Shown here: positions 41,052 to 53,750 of the stretch, piece after piece | How the letters are laid out: every line of letters starts with the position of its first letter | Position numbering within the stretch: position 1 is the stretch's first letter | NCBI GenBank assembly: GCA_965202585.1 | Contig: OZ241830.1 | Span: 40,300,001 to 40,364,000 of the forward strand | Origin: Thalia democratica | Taxonomy: Eukaryota | Direction of reading: 5' to 3' | DNA: 64,000 nucleotides | Position numbers and translations under genes: made by a program | Notes under the pieces: generated by a model | Database searches by the model: none | What the model was told of the DNA's origin: nothing | The model's input: the letters and a program-made list of their open reading frames with translations, nothing else

Positions 41052-43847
41052 GTATAAAAAGAAGCAAACTTTATTGTCTTTACTTTATTTTGACAATAAA
41101 CTATAATAATATCAGAATTGTTTATTTTTTATATATAAAACTAGTAATTTTTAGTTTTTTTGTTTATTATTTTTATGTTTATATTCTTAATAAACAAATA
41201 ATGATAAAGTCAAAATAATCTTTGAGGCATTTATAGGTCAATCATACAGTAAACGTAAAATAAACAAATAACGTAAAAGTGTGTGTGCATTAAATAAAGT
41301 GCTCTTGAAACTGTTCGGTTATTTTTAGTGTTTCTAAAACAAACCTAAACATTGAATCACCACATCTCAGATTTTTATAATTCCATTGCATGCTTCAAAG
41401 ATCTTTTGAATAGATAGATTATTTTTTATAATTTTGCATCGACTTTTTAATACTAACTAAGTACAACAGTATTTTTTCGTTACTTCTTTACTAATGTTTT
41501 AAAGTAAAATGTTGAAACTGTTGAAAGTTAGAAAAAAGCTGTTTTACTAATCTTAACTAAAAAAAATAATATAAACTATCAAAATTATGGTAATTGTTTA
41601 ATAAATTATTATTAAATAAATATCTTTATAATTAAATACTTAACTTGCTATTTCTAGTTAGTAATAAAATTTATTTTCTCAGCTTTTTCTATCCATCTTA
41701 CTGGCTTTATTAAAAAAAAATAATCATTTAGTAATAAATTAATTTATAAATCTACTGGTAAGATTTTTTTTTTACTTAAAATAGGAAGATGTTTTCCATA
41801 TAAAAATGTTTTGTAATTTAGCAGTTTTGATTACTAACAAATATTTAAATCAACAGATATTAATTGTTTTAAAGCACCTTTTAACAAATCTAAGTAAATA
41901 AAGTTAGTAAAAGTTTAAAAGGTAAACATGAATAACTTTTTGAAATAACTTTTTTGTATTAGTTATAATTCGTACCAAATTCGACATTCTATACAAACAA
42001 TGATCACAAGTATACGTCAGTATGTACTTTATAAGTTTTACCCAGTTAATTTTTCAAGGCAATATTATTATTTGTTGAACTACAAAAAAAAAAGTGCTCA
42101 AAATAATCGGTCTTAGGACCTGGTGCACGGACAAACTATTTGGTTATCGAGTCGCACACCATTTGGATACAGTTTTACGTCTTGTCCAGACAATATATAA
42201 TTTAAGATTTCATAGTACTTTAAAAACTAAAAAGATTACAACAAATATGCAAGGACTGCTTTAGTAAGCACGTTTTTGAAATACACATTACCTTTTATTC
42301 AAGTAATGTATCATATATTTTTGAATTAATTTCTTAATAGCTTTTAGATAATTTTCCAACATGAACTAAAATTAACAAAGTTATTTTGTTTTTGATTTAT
42401 TTTTTAAGTTTTTATTAACCCTTAATTTTTTGACTTAAGTTATACTGTTATAGTCTTATGCATTTTAAAAATAAAAATAAAATCTTAAGCTAATTTTAAC
42501 CGAATTTCTTAATTTTCTAAAAGCTACCGACAAATAAAACTGAAAAACATTAAACTTTAATCTTATCGTTTAATATTTAAAAAAAAATCAAAATGTAACT
42601 TTTAAATATAAATTTAACTTTTGTTTAAAAGCGTTTAAAGCTTTTTAAACTTAAAATACATTTATTTTACAATCATAAAAATACTCGATCAAAACTTTAA
42701 AACTCTTTAAAAAATTATGTGTTTAAAAGGCAAATTGCATTCTACAATATATTTAAAAATATATAACTTTACTTCTATAGAACTTTTGGATATTTTTAAA
42801 GTTATATAACGACGAATACTTGGTTAGTTTAAGTACAACTATTTTAATTGATACCTTATATTAAAATATTTAAAATTATACTTCTCATTACTTATAATTT
42901 TTAATATAATAAAACCTACGGTAGTTGTTATTATAAAGACTAGTTTAACCAAAAATTTCTTTGTTTTTAATTAAGCTTGTTTCTCATACTATAATCAAGC
43001 ATAGCAGACTTATAAGCCTTAACAACGAATACTAAAATATAGTTTAAAGTAGCAAATAACTTGCTAAAATTAGTTTCGTGCAGTTCTAATGTTTAAAACA
43101 CAAAAAAAAATGCTTGTTTAAAAAATATTTTTTTACGATATTGCCCAAACTGATTACTGACCACATACATAAGTTTTTTAATAAAAACTTTTAACATTAT
43201 AGTACTTAAAAATCAAGGCTTTTTTTTTACCAGTTTAGTTATATTTATAAACTCAGCTTTAAAATTTTAACTTGTTTTTCTTTGAAATATAGTAAACATG
43301 TATAAAGTTTACTTTCAAATGCTTTACACATTTTAACACCAATATTCTATGTTAAATACTTAAATATTCAGTTCATCATTGTGTAATTTGGAATTAAGTG
43401 TTACTAAATTCAACTGAAAAACTCTTAAAATTTTTTTTTTTGTTTTGTTCACCTAGAAAAACCGTTTTTAGTATCAGCTTACACTTTATTGCTACAATAA
43501 TTTATTTTTTTTTATTTTACTTACGGATAATTTTAAGTTTATGTTTATTAGTTTTCAAGCTTAAACTTATATTTTAAACTTATAAAGCATTAAAAAAGCT
43601 ATCTTCCTTTAAAACCTACGTACCTACCAAGGTTGCTTCTAAGAATTTTATTTTAAGCTGCGATTTAAGCCGTAAATACGTAAGAAGCTCGCGTGACCTT
43701 GTTTTAATAGAAACTTTCTTGCAAAACGCCCGCGGGAAAAACGAATATAAACGTATATAGTTAATTCTTCGTTCTAAATTCATTACAACTTTTTGTTGCT
43801 GCAGCTATCACTTTTTTTTTGTTTTTTGCTTCAAATTAAATTTTGGT

Positions 43848-46800
43848 ATGTTAAAAGTTTTGTTTAATTCAAAGCTAAGTTTTTTGTTATGTTTTCTGCT
43901 CGTGGCAAAATCTAATTCGTTTGAAGGAGATATTGATTTTGATGGTTTTGATTTTGATGAAGGCTTTGATTTTATAAATGACGATTTGTTTGCGAACTTA
44001 GGCGATACGTGGAATGACAAGGGAAATGATAATATTCTCGATATGTTTGGTGATGCTGATTGGATGGGTTTACTTAACATCGAAGATAACGATTTAGCAC
44101 CTATGCTGGGCCATGATGACGACCATCACCACGGAGACAGTTATAATTTCCACGGTGACCACGGTCATGAAAGTTATGGTGACGAAGACCATGACGACGA
44201 AGATCATGACGACGAAGATCATGACGACGAAGACCATGACGACAAAGATCATGACGACAAAGATCATGACGACGATGATCATGACGACGGTGATCATGAC
44301 GACGAAGATTATGACAACGATGATCATGACGACGAAGATCATGACGACGAAGATCATGACGACGAAGATCATGACGACGAAGATTATGACAACGATGACT
44401 ATGACAACGATGATCATGAAAACGAAGATCATGACGACGAAGATCATGACGACGATGATCATGACGACGATGATCATGACGAATATGATCTTGACAACGA
44501 TGATAACTTTGATGAAAGTTCTTTTGATTTTAAAAAGTTTTTTGAGGACATCCAAGAAACTTTTAAAGATAAGGAAGAACTCGAAAAGATTTTGAGTGCT
44601 GCCGGCTTACTGGAGAGATATGAAGAATACAGACCGAAACCTAAGCCAACAAGAAGACCTAATATGTTTTCAAACTTGTTTCGCGGCTTTTCTAATAGAA
44701 ATAAACAAATAGTTATCAATCGTGAGTTTCGATTTATTACAATACTCGTTCAGATTTGTTTATATTAAAAAGAAAGAAACATGGTCTCTAAATTAGTTTG
44801 TCAAAGTTTCTTTTACTTAAAATAATATTAGTTAAAATAACAAAACAATGATTTATATAGTTTTATAAGTGTATTATAAGTACTAAAAGTAAAAGCAAAC
44901 AAGAAAAATAAATATCGGAACTAACTAAATAACAAAATAAATTTTTTATCAAAAAATGCTTAATTTTTTGAACTTTAGCAGCACTATGTAAAACAACTGT
45001 CTCCTTTTTTTTTTGTAAGTTTTCATAGTTATACCTAGCTTTTATAATGTTTTTGTTTACGATGTACAACGTTTTTATTTTAAAAAATAGATTAACTTTC
45101 TATTTGACTTTTCATTCAGGTTGTGTTGACCGGTGGGTTTGTTTCTTCGCAGTTTGTACATCTCCGTGGGCGATTGAAAACTGCAAGAAAACATGTAGAT
45201 TGTGCGATAAAGGTTAGACTAAAGCTTGCGTTAGTTTGCACATTAACAAACTACATGACTAACAACTACTTGCAACTGTTATAGTAAAAACAGATTCTGA
45301 GAGAGTTTAAGTTCAGTAGCTTTCCGTTTAATATCGCATGTGTAAAAAAGAGTGCAAGTTGTACTAGTGTTAAAAGGTTCGAATATTCATGGTACGTCCA
45401 AATCTAGACTTTGAATACTGAGTCTAGTTGTTTCTAAAGAGCGAAATTACGCAAATAATTTACGTTTGTGTTTCAAAATATATTTTAGTAAAATTTATTT
45501 AAAAATAATTTTAATTTGTACGTTTAGTTCTTGTTTAATAAACAACTATTAAATGCTTTGCACGTAACATAAATCATAGATTAAAAAAAAAATTGTAGAA
45601 AATACAATTATTTTTGCTAAAAATTTAAGTATTTTTAAACTTATCAAATTAAAAGGTTCTACTACTAATACTTAATATTAGCTTACGCATGGTTATCTAT
45701 TTTTTAACAGTTTTAGTCTTAGCTTTTTTTAAAGTAAAACTGGCAAAAATTATTCAAATTAAATTCTCATAAATGTTTTTTCAAACCCTTTTTAATACAA
45801 AAAACGATCACAAACTTTTTCGGTGAAAAATTGAATGATGCTATTGATAAAAAACTATAATTTACTGCACTTAAATTTCAATCGTTTCAAAATAAGTATA
45901 AAAACAAACCTTTAAACTTTGTGTGACATATTTTTAGGTCGATTATCAAAACTGCTAATTAAAAAAAAAGCTATCATGTATTCTTCTTTAAAGTAAATTT
46001 ATGTTTTATAAGGCATTAACCTTACTGACTGTTAAAAGAAAGTTTGTTTAAACCTTTAAACCAGGGTCTCCTGAAGTTAGCCATAAGCTAAGGGCAATCA
46101 GGCCATAATTTGAAACTTACACTAGATATTCTGAAGCTGATGATGAATAGAGAAAAAAAGTTTTAAGCGTTTTTGATGGTAATTTGTTAGAAATCTTGTT
46201 GGAGGGGGCCATTGCGTTTTAATTTTTTTAAACGGAGCCTTATGAAAATAAATGTTGGAAAATCTTTTAAACTGATAAACACTGACGTTTTACGCGACAG
46301 AAGAGAAGAAAGAGGATGAAAAGTCGGAGGGATGGAGTGAGTGGAAGGAGGGAAGGTGCAGCGTGACGTGCGGGTTCGGGGTGAGGAGGGACACCCGCCG
46401 TTGTCGTGGTGACGAGCTTAAGTGCGCGGGTGCTGACGTCAGAAACGTGGAGTGCGAACTTGCCGAATGCAAAGGTGGGATTAATAATGTATATTTGAAA
46501 TATATGTGAAAAAACTAATTTGAAATATATTCACTACAGACTGCAAAGATTTAATCGACCGATGCGATCTGATTCAGTGCGATTCGACGTTTCCAGTTAT
46601 GGTGAAAGCTGTGAAGCAAAAGTGCAGAAAACACTGCGGACTTTGCGGCACAAACAAACCAATCGAAAAGCCTAAAACAGTCGCCAATCAAACTTCTGGT
46701 ACAGGTTGGACTGCGTTTTCTTAGAAAAACAATTATTTTTAAAACCAATTTAACAATTTAGTTTGTGAATGAATTATCTGTTTCATTTCTTTTTCTCTTC

Positions 46801-47607
46801 GGAGTTTAATCATAACAAGTACCTTGGGAAATGTGACTTAGAAAAATTAATGTAAACTGTTATGCTTTTAAAAAAATATTTACGTTGACTTTTAAATTAA
46901 GATCATTTTAGTTATTAATTTAAAGTAAAACTAAAACTTTTATTTAAATAACTAACTTTTTTTCTTTGCAGTAATATTAATTTTTAGTTCATGAAAAGTT
47001 TTTACAACAGTAAATACTTTTTTATAAAACAAATATTCAAGTTTAGCTACTTAGTTGTGTTGTTTACATCTCATAAACATTACGTGAAGGTTGGAGTAGG
47101 TGGAAAGGTACAAAGTGCAGCAATGATTGTGGTAAAGGGAAAAGAATATTGTGGAGAAAATGCCTGGACAAAAGTGATGAGAAATGTGTGGGACCAGCGG
47201 ATAAATTGGTCGAATGTACCGGTGATCAATGTGGTAAGTGTTTTCCAACTTTTCTTTTGTATCTGCTTGTTATTAAACATTACATGTTTCAGTCAGAACT
47301 TCATTATAGTTTTTAAAGTCACGAAACTGTTTAAAATAAACGGGTACAATGGTTTTTTTAACATTCAGAAAAATACGAACATAAGAAGATTAATGACATG
47401 AAAACATTGCTAAGCGACACTTTTTTTTAAACAGACGCAGATGAGTGGGGTGATTGGGTGTCGGGGGAGTGCAGTGTGTCTTGCGGGAGGGGAGAAGTGA
47501 AGGAGGAGAGATCTTGCACGTCGGAAGGGTGCAGCAAGAAGGAGAGTCGAGTTGTTGCGTGTCTGAAGCCGGCTTGCCCGAGAAGATTTTTCAGTTTGTT
47601 TGGTTGA
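43848..47607 (+). CDS. Secreted protein: signal peptide, Asp/His-rich repeats, ShKT, TSP1, ShKT, TSP1, TSP1 (~538-540 aa)
   Basis: Exons 43848-44721; 45120-45212 (CVDRWVCFFAVCTSPWAIENCKKTCRLC); 46301-46474 (WSEW..CSVTCG..RRC); 46540-46698 or 46704 (CKDLIDRC..C..CRKHCGLC); 47090-47233 (WSRW..CSNDCG; weak acceptor); 47435-47607 (WGDW..CSVSCG). All introns are phase 1 and the frame is continuous to TGA. Confidence 0.85.
44181..44480 (+). repeat. Coding 15-bp tandem repeat x20 (consensus DEDHD)
   Basis: GACGAAGATCATGAC-type units within exon 1 of the ShKT/TSP1 gene. Confidence 0.95.
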
Positions 47608-48785
47608 AAAAAAAAAGACAAACTGCATAAAATTAGTTGTATAAATTTTCAAACTTTTGAATACAGTTAAAGAAATAAAATCTTTTTTAACATATAAATT
47701 GCATCGTTTGTTATTTTTGCATCTACCCTCTGAATTATACTGAAGAAAAAAGTTTATAATTTAAGTTTTTAACATACATACTAACATGCTGCTTTTATAA
47801 ATTGTACTACTTCAGTGTTTAAGATTATCAAAAAAAATATTTAAACTTTTACGTAATTATAAGTTTTTAATTATCTGATTTTCGATTATATTAGTGTAAA
47901 TTAATAAACTTATAAAAAAAGCAGAACTAAAGACAAACAAATTTTATACAAATAAAATTAAAATTCATAAGGCAAAGCGTATAAAACTACTGTACAAATC
48001 TCTTAAAACTATTTTCAAAAATTTATGATATTTTTGTAGCAAAGCGATGTATCTGCAATTAATCTAATTATATGATATATCATACAAAAAATAAAAATAT
48101 ATATATAGTGAAAACATGATAGGACAATCAGCCAGCATTTATTTGTTATACTATCGCTAATAAAGCTCATAAGTACAATTTTGTATATAACTCGTAAAAA
48201 AAGTTGCATAGTTGTTTCCATAAAAGCTAAAACATTGTATCAAAGTTTGCAAAATCAATCAAAAAATTTCAGATTTTACTATAAATATAAAATAAGTTTC
48301 CAATATTACGGTGAATAATTAATAAAGATATGTTAAGCTATTCATAAATAACTTACATAAAAATTTAAAAGAAAAAAGTTGATGCTTGTGTGAGGCTAAA
48401 TTAAGAAAGGTTTTACAATAAGTTTTTTTTTACTACTTCATTTTTCAAAGTCTACTTTTACTCTTCAGTATCAAACCCGGAAAATGTGTAATGTAAGTTT
48501 CAACAATTTCCTGCGTAGCGAACCAGGTATACATGCTCACGGGACACAACTTGCCAACCACTGTTCTGAAACTTTACTTTTAATTAGTTTAACGTTTTAA
48601 TGTAACGTTGTAGCTAAACAAACATTTATTTTAACAAAATTTTTGCTACAAAACCTCGTCAACTACTTGAAAAAAATAAAATATCCTAAATTTGAAATGA
48701 CGAAACTTGCCTTTATGTATCTACTATTCATGTACTTTTAGTTTTGTAGCGTCAAGTAATTTTCTATTTGAATTATAATCTAAAC

Positions 48786-49712
48786 ACGAGCATAAAGTTA
48801 ATTTTATAGGCAAATTTATTAATTTTTCAAAAAAACATAAAACTTTAATGTCGATTATTTTCCTTATGTTAAAAGCTATCTAAAAAATTTAGAACGCACC
48901 TTTGTCTTTAATTAAAAAAAAAATTTGGTTTGGGGTTGGAATTATTTCATGGGGTCCCTCCAAAAATAAAGGTTTATTTTTTGTTTTTTTCATTATTATT
49001 GTTTAGAACCAATAATAATTTTTTTTTTTTAATTTTTTTTTTTTTCTCTTATTTTGCATGTTATTTAAACTCTTAAATGTTTATTTTATAAATAATGTTA
49101 ATATCTTTTACGATTTGGCCCCAAATTAAAATGTAGTATATTACACTATCATTTGCCTTGGCCATTTCCTAGATAAAAAATTGATAAAAGGAAAAAACAA
49201 ATTAATAAGAATGTGCATTACAACAAATTCTATTAAATTACTTTAATTTAATTAAGTTTGTTGTAATTCACATTCTTACTAATTTGTTTTTTCCTTTTAT
49301 CAATTTTTTATCTAGGAAATGGCCAAGGCAAATGATAGTGTAATATACATCATTTTGATTTGGGGCCAAATCGTAAAAGATATTAACATTATTTATAAAA
49401 TAAACATTTAAGAGTTTAAATAACATGCAAAATAAGAGAAAATAAAAAAAAAATAAAAATAAATATTTATTTTTGGTTCTAAACATTGATAATGAAAAAA
49501 ACCAAAAAAAAAACTTTATTTTTGGAGGGACCCCATGAAGTAATTCCAACCCCAAACCAAAAATTTTTTTTTAATTAAAGACAAAGGTGCGTTCTCTAAA
49601 ATAAAAAAAAAAATTTTAAATAGCTTTTAAGATAAGGAATATAATCGACATTAAAGTTTTATGTTTTTTGGAAAATCAATAAATTTGCCTATAAAATTAA
49701 CTTTATGCTCGT
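48786..49712. mobile_element. Foldback/Mutator-like element (927-bp near-palindrome)
   Basis: Arms of ~440-455 bp are reverse complements around a 29-bp spacer (49228-49256). Flanked by the 10-bp direct repeat TAATCTAAAC (48776-48785, 49713-49722). Confidence 0.88.
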
Positions 49713-50336
49713 TAATCTAAACCCTATAGTTTTGTATGTCAAGTTTTGATTTTAATAAAGCCACATTAGTACTCTCTTAACGATGATAAAACAATTTCTT
49801 TTATTTGGAAGTCGTAAAAACTAGTGTGTTTAAAAAAAAAACTATAAATACGTTTCAAACATTATAACTATAGTTTACATATTTGATACGCAAACGCAAC
49901 TTTAACTATTTTTTTAGTCATTTTGTTTTTATTTCAAGTAAGTAGTTGATTTAAATTCGAATATAAGTATATTTTTTGTTTGATTTTTTAGTTTTTTTTT
50001 CAACTAGCAAGCCTTTTAAGTAATAACTGTAGTAATAACTAAATACGTATCTTAATAAACTTTACTAAACAAGTAAAGTATATTTATGTAGCAAGTACAA
50101 AACTTTCTAAATACTTTATTTAACATATAAGTCCTTAGTTGTTTTATAAAGAATAAGTTTTGTACTTTTTTACACAAAATATTTATTTTGTAAGTTCATA
50201 AATATGCAAAAGCAATTAATTTACGAACTTAAATGTAATAAATTTAAGTTCTAGTTGTTTATTTGACAAGTAATTGAATTACTCAATTTTTTTTTAAACG
50301 TAAGCTCTTAATACACTACAATATATTAGTTAAAAT

Positions 50337-50755
50337 GGTTACATGATTGTTCAAATTCGGACAACTCAAATTCCGACAATTCAAATTCTTTAAAAAAAAT
50401 TTAAGTGACTATGTCTCAATAAGTAATATAAATTAAAAGAAAAAATTTAAATACATATGTAGATTTTATAAATATCTACAAGCCATTTTTTTTGCAAAAC
50501 GTTAAATACTTTTCAAGATACATTAAAATTACTAAAAATAACTAGGTTTTTTACTTTATTTAAACCATATCCTATAAAATATTTAAAGTTTTGCAAAAAT
50601 AAAAAAATGACTTTTAGATATTAATATGACCTCCATATGTATTTTTTATATTTTACAAACATACATTACTTATTTAGTAGTGGCCCTTTCAACTTTGTTT
50701 TAAGAATTTGAATTGTCGGAACTTGAATAATTCGAAATTGAATAGTCGTGCACCC
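50337..50755. mobile_element. Mutator-like MITE, copy 1
   Basis: Imperfect TIRs with repeated TTCAAATTC motifs; 9-bp TSD AGTTAAAAT (50328-50336, 50756-50764). Confidence 0.8.
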
Positions 50756-51292
50756 AGTTAAAATAACCACACGTGTTTTAAATTTAAGGCTTTATGCAAC
50801 AAGACTAAGAAAACAAAGCAGTTTATGTACTCTTAACTTAGAATAGTAAAAGTAATGTTCGTCTTTTTTTTTAGTAACTTCATCGAAAACTACTTTATGA
50901 GAACTTTTATCAAAATAAGTATGTTAACCATTTTTAATTAGTTTTATTTTCACTTTTATAAATTACTTCTATAATGTTTATTATATTTAAAATCTTTAAA
51001 GTCATTAGACTTTAACTTAAGCAGTTTAAAATAAATTTGTTTTACTGAAAACGAGTATTATTAATATTAATTGTTAACATTGTAAACAAAATTTTGTAGT
51101 TAAAATACTAATTAGAAACAGTTGTATGTTTTTATTGTTTAAAAGTCTTTACTTTTCTGTAACAAAATGTATTTTGTTATTGTTGAGTTTAATTTCTAGC
51201 ACACTAATTTGTAAATTTTGCGCTAAAGAGTGTTTATGTTTTCTTATGGTTGTTCTGTGTTGTTAGAAGTTTTAGTTAAAGTATGTTGTAAT

Positions 51293-51702
51293 GAGTGCAC
51301 GACTATTCAAATTCCGAAAATTCAAATTCTTAAAAAAAATTTAAAGGGCCACTACTAAAAAAATAGTGCATATTTGTCAAATGTATAAAATACATATGTA
51401 GGTCCTATTAATATCTACAACCCATTTTTTTCTTTTTGCAAAAAAAATAATGTTTTATGAAATATGGCTTGAATAAAATAAAAAACATAGTTGTTTTAGT
51501 AATTTTAAAATAACTTGGAAAATATTTAAGATTTTGCAAAAAAAGAAAAAAGTGACTAGTAGATGACAATAAGATCTACATATATACTTTTTTTTTTTTT
51601 TTTCAAATTCAATAACTTATTGAGATATAGTCTTTTAAATATTCTTTTAAGAATCTGAATTGTCGTAATTTGAGTTGCCCGAATTTGAATTGTCATGTAA
51701 TC
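51293..51702. mobile_element. Mutator-like MITE, copy 2 (same family, opposite orientation)
   Basis: Begins GAGTGCACGACTATTCAA, the reverse complement of the right end of copy 1; interior also homologous; TSD degenerate. Confidence 0.75.
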
Positions 51703-52056
51703 TATTTTAAATGCTTTGTTTAATAAACACTTAATCACAATTATTGCTAGAATTTTATATGTATATTTGGCAGTAGATACTAATTTGTATTTTAAGGAAA
51801 AGTAATTTCTTAACCAGGCCGGGGATTATAAATGGTGACCGGAATTATACATTGCACCTTCTGACGGACTCGGGACACCTCAGTAGTAAACCTGCTAACT
51901 CTAAATAAATCAATAGTTCCATGATGGAAAACCAACAAGGTGTACAAAACTTAAATTTTGAAGAAAAGATTAAAATGGTTAGAAAGGTTTACCTTTGATA
52001 TTGAAGACCCAAAACAACAACTTTTATATTTTGAGAACGATATGGCTGACCATGGC

Positions 52057-52980
52057 GGGTAGGTGTCAAGTTTGCACGAGGGGACTAAAATGCACGAAGA
52101 TACTTTTGCACGAGGGGACAAAAATACACGAAGACATTTTTGCATGAAGGGTCAATTTTGCAAGAGCAGACAATTTTGAACGTAGACATTTTTGCACAAG
52201 TTTTTTTTTTAACACTTTTTTTTACCAACTTAGTTTTTTTTTTTTACTTTATTTTACTATCATTGTTATTACCCTCGGTCGGTAACTTTATTTTCTTTAT
52301 CAATTATTTTATTTATTATTTTTTACTATCACTCTTTCCCCTAACCCTAAGCCTCAGTCTACTTTTTTTTTCTATAATTTTATATAGTTTTTGTTTTTTG
52401 TTTACATTCACTGTTACCCCTCTAACCCTTATCCTTGGCTTCTTCTTTTTTTTTTATCATATAGTTTTTTTCCTTTTTTTTATACTTTTTTTTCTGTTTT
52501 TTATACTCTCGTGAAAAATTGACCCTTGGTGCAAATTTGGGTAATTACCTAGGATGATATCGTACCAATATCAAACTGAAAATATATAATGTTCGATGTG
52601 TTTTTTAACCATAACTTTAGGTTAAAAATTAATATTTTGTATACACATTAATAAAATTAAACTTATTTATCATAAATTAACAAAATTTAAATATTTAATC
52701 GCTTTTATTTTGTAATATAAAGTGATGATTTCAAAATAATAATTTATATTGATTTTGTTATTGTTAAATAAAATCGACTAATTATTTTATTTAAAATAAA
52801 CAAATCATGCTTACTATGGATTTATACAGTTTGTTTAAAACAGAGTATCTTTTCTGATTATACATATTAAGTTTAAAACATTAATTTTTAGCCTAAAATT
52901 GTAGTTGAAAAAGCCACAGAATATAATATAATTTCAGCTTGTTATTGTTGCGACATCATCCTAGGTAATTACTGGCATTT
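52057..52980. mobile_element. MITE X (TIR GGGTAGGTGTCAAGTTTGCACGAGGG) with MITE Y nested in its right end
   Basis: Subterminal TTTGCACGA repeats. The right TIR CCCTTGGTGCAAATTTGG appears to resume as TGGCATTT after element Y. Confidence 0.55.
52541..52972. mobile_element. MITE Y (432 bp)
   Basis: TIRs GTAATTACCTAGGATGATATCG / CGACATCATCCTAGGTAATTAC, flanked by TGG on both sides. Confidence 0.7.
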
Positions 52981-53379
52981 TTAAAGAAGCTGAAAAATAC
53001 TGGATAATTTGTGAGTTTTTGCCAAACAAATACATGTGGGCCTATACCTTAAGCACTGACCGTAGAGATAGAAACTTTAAAAGCTTAAGGGATTTCCTAA
53101 TAGAAAAAGGTGGAGTGTTGCCAAGGGTTTTACTACCAAAAAAGCAACTACACTCCGTCAGTGGCCTGGAACTCGACATTTAAATCAGCAAGTGGTTTGC
53201 TGATTTTGAAGACCAGGAATTTATTTCTTGCACCTCATACCAAAACATTTAAAATACAAGATAACCAGTAGCCTGTCACTAGGTTTTGAATAATTTAGAA
53301 TATTTGTGATTTTAACATGTGACTTAGACATGACCAAAACAAAATATAGAGCAAGACAAGGCAGTTGTTTCAAGAAACC

Positions 53380-53750
53380 AAAACAAAACCAACAGTTGTC
53401 TTACCAAAGAAGAAATAAACTTCCAGATAAAAAGATACTTATGGACAAGTATATTCTAAAAATTCAGTTGATGTGTATTTCAAAAAAGAAAAACAAAATC
53501 AGCAGTTCTTTTACCAAAAGAAAAATAAACTGCCAGACCAAAAAGTTTTTTATGGTCAAGGACATTCTAAAACTCTTTTGACAGAATTTTCAATAAACAA
53601 AATCAGTAGTTTTCATACAAAGGAAGAAATAAACTGCCAGTTCAACAAGTCAGTTATGAGCAAAGACATTCTAAAAACTTCTTTGGCAAGAGTTTTAAGT
53701 ATCAAAATCAACAAATCTCATACCAAAGAAGTGAATAGCTAGTTCAATAG
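53380..53750 (+). repeat. Degenerate ~100-115-bp tandem repeat x4
   Basis: The AAAATCAGCAGTT..TACCAAA(G)AAGAAATAAACTGCCAG motif recurs near 53380, 53497, 53598 and 53700. Confidence 0.6.

Larger units (their letters stand above)
1..41130. repeat. Tandem segmental array of an ~8.6-kb cassette (B- gene, A+ gene, P- gene) x4 plus a terminal B-/A+ pair; continues beyond the left edge
   Basis: Homologous landmarks recur: B last exon at 8251, 16848, 25423, 34037; A start codon at 3005, 11566, 20150, 28759, 40172; P ORF at 4974, 13523, 22081, 30710. Similarity is lost shortly after 41051. Confidence 0.97.

Noticed and set aside
43808-44719. Overlapping ORFs 43808..44080, 44094..44555, 44113..44595, 44474..44719
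   Set aside because: Alternative-frame or antisense readings of exon 1 and its 15-bp repeat (poly-MTTKI / VVMIF artefacts).
46290-47652. ORFs 46290..46472, 46551..46748, 46991..47401, 47051..47280, 47410..47652
   Set aside because: Wrong-strand or wrong-frame readings of the TSP1 and ShKT exons.
49268-52514. ORFs 49268..49555, 51556..51738, 52140..52514 (F/L/K-rich)
   Set aside because: Chance frames in poly-T/A tracts of MITE and foldback elements.
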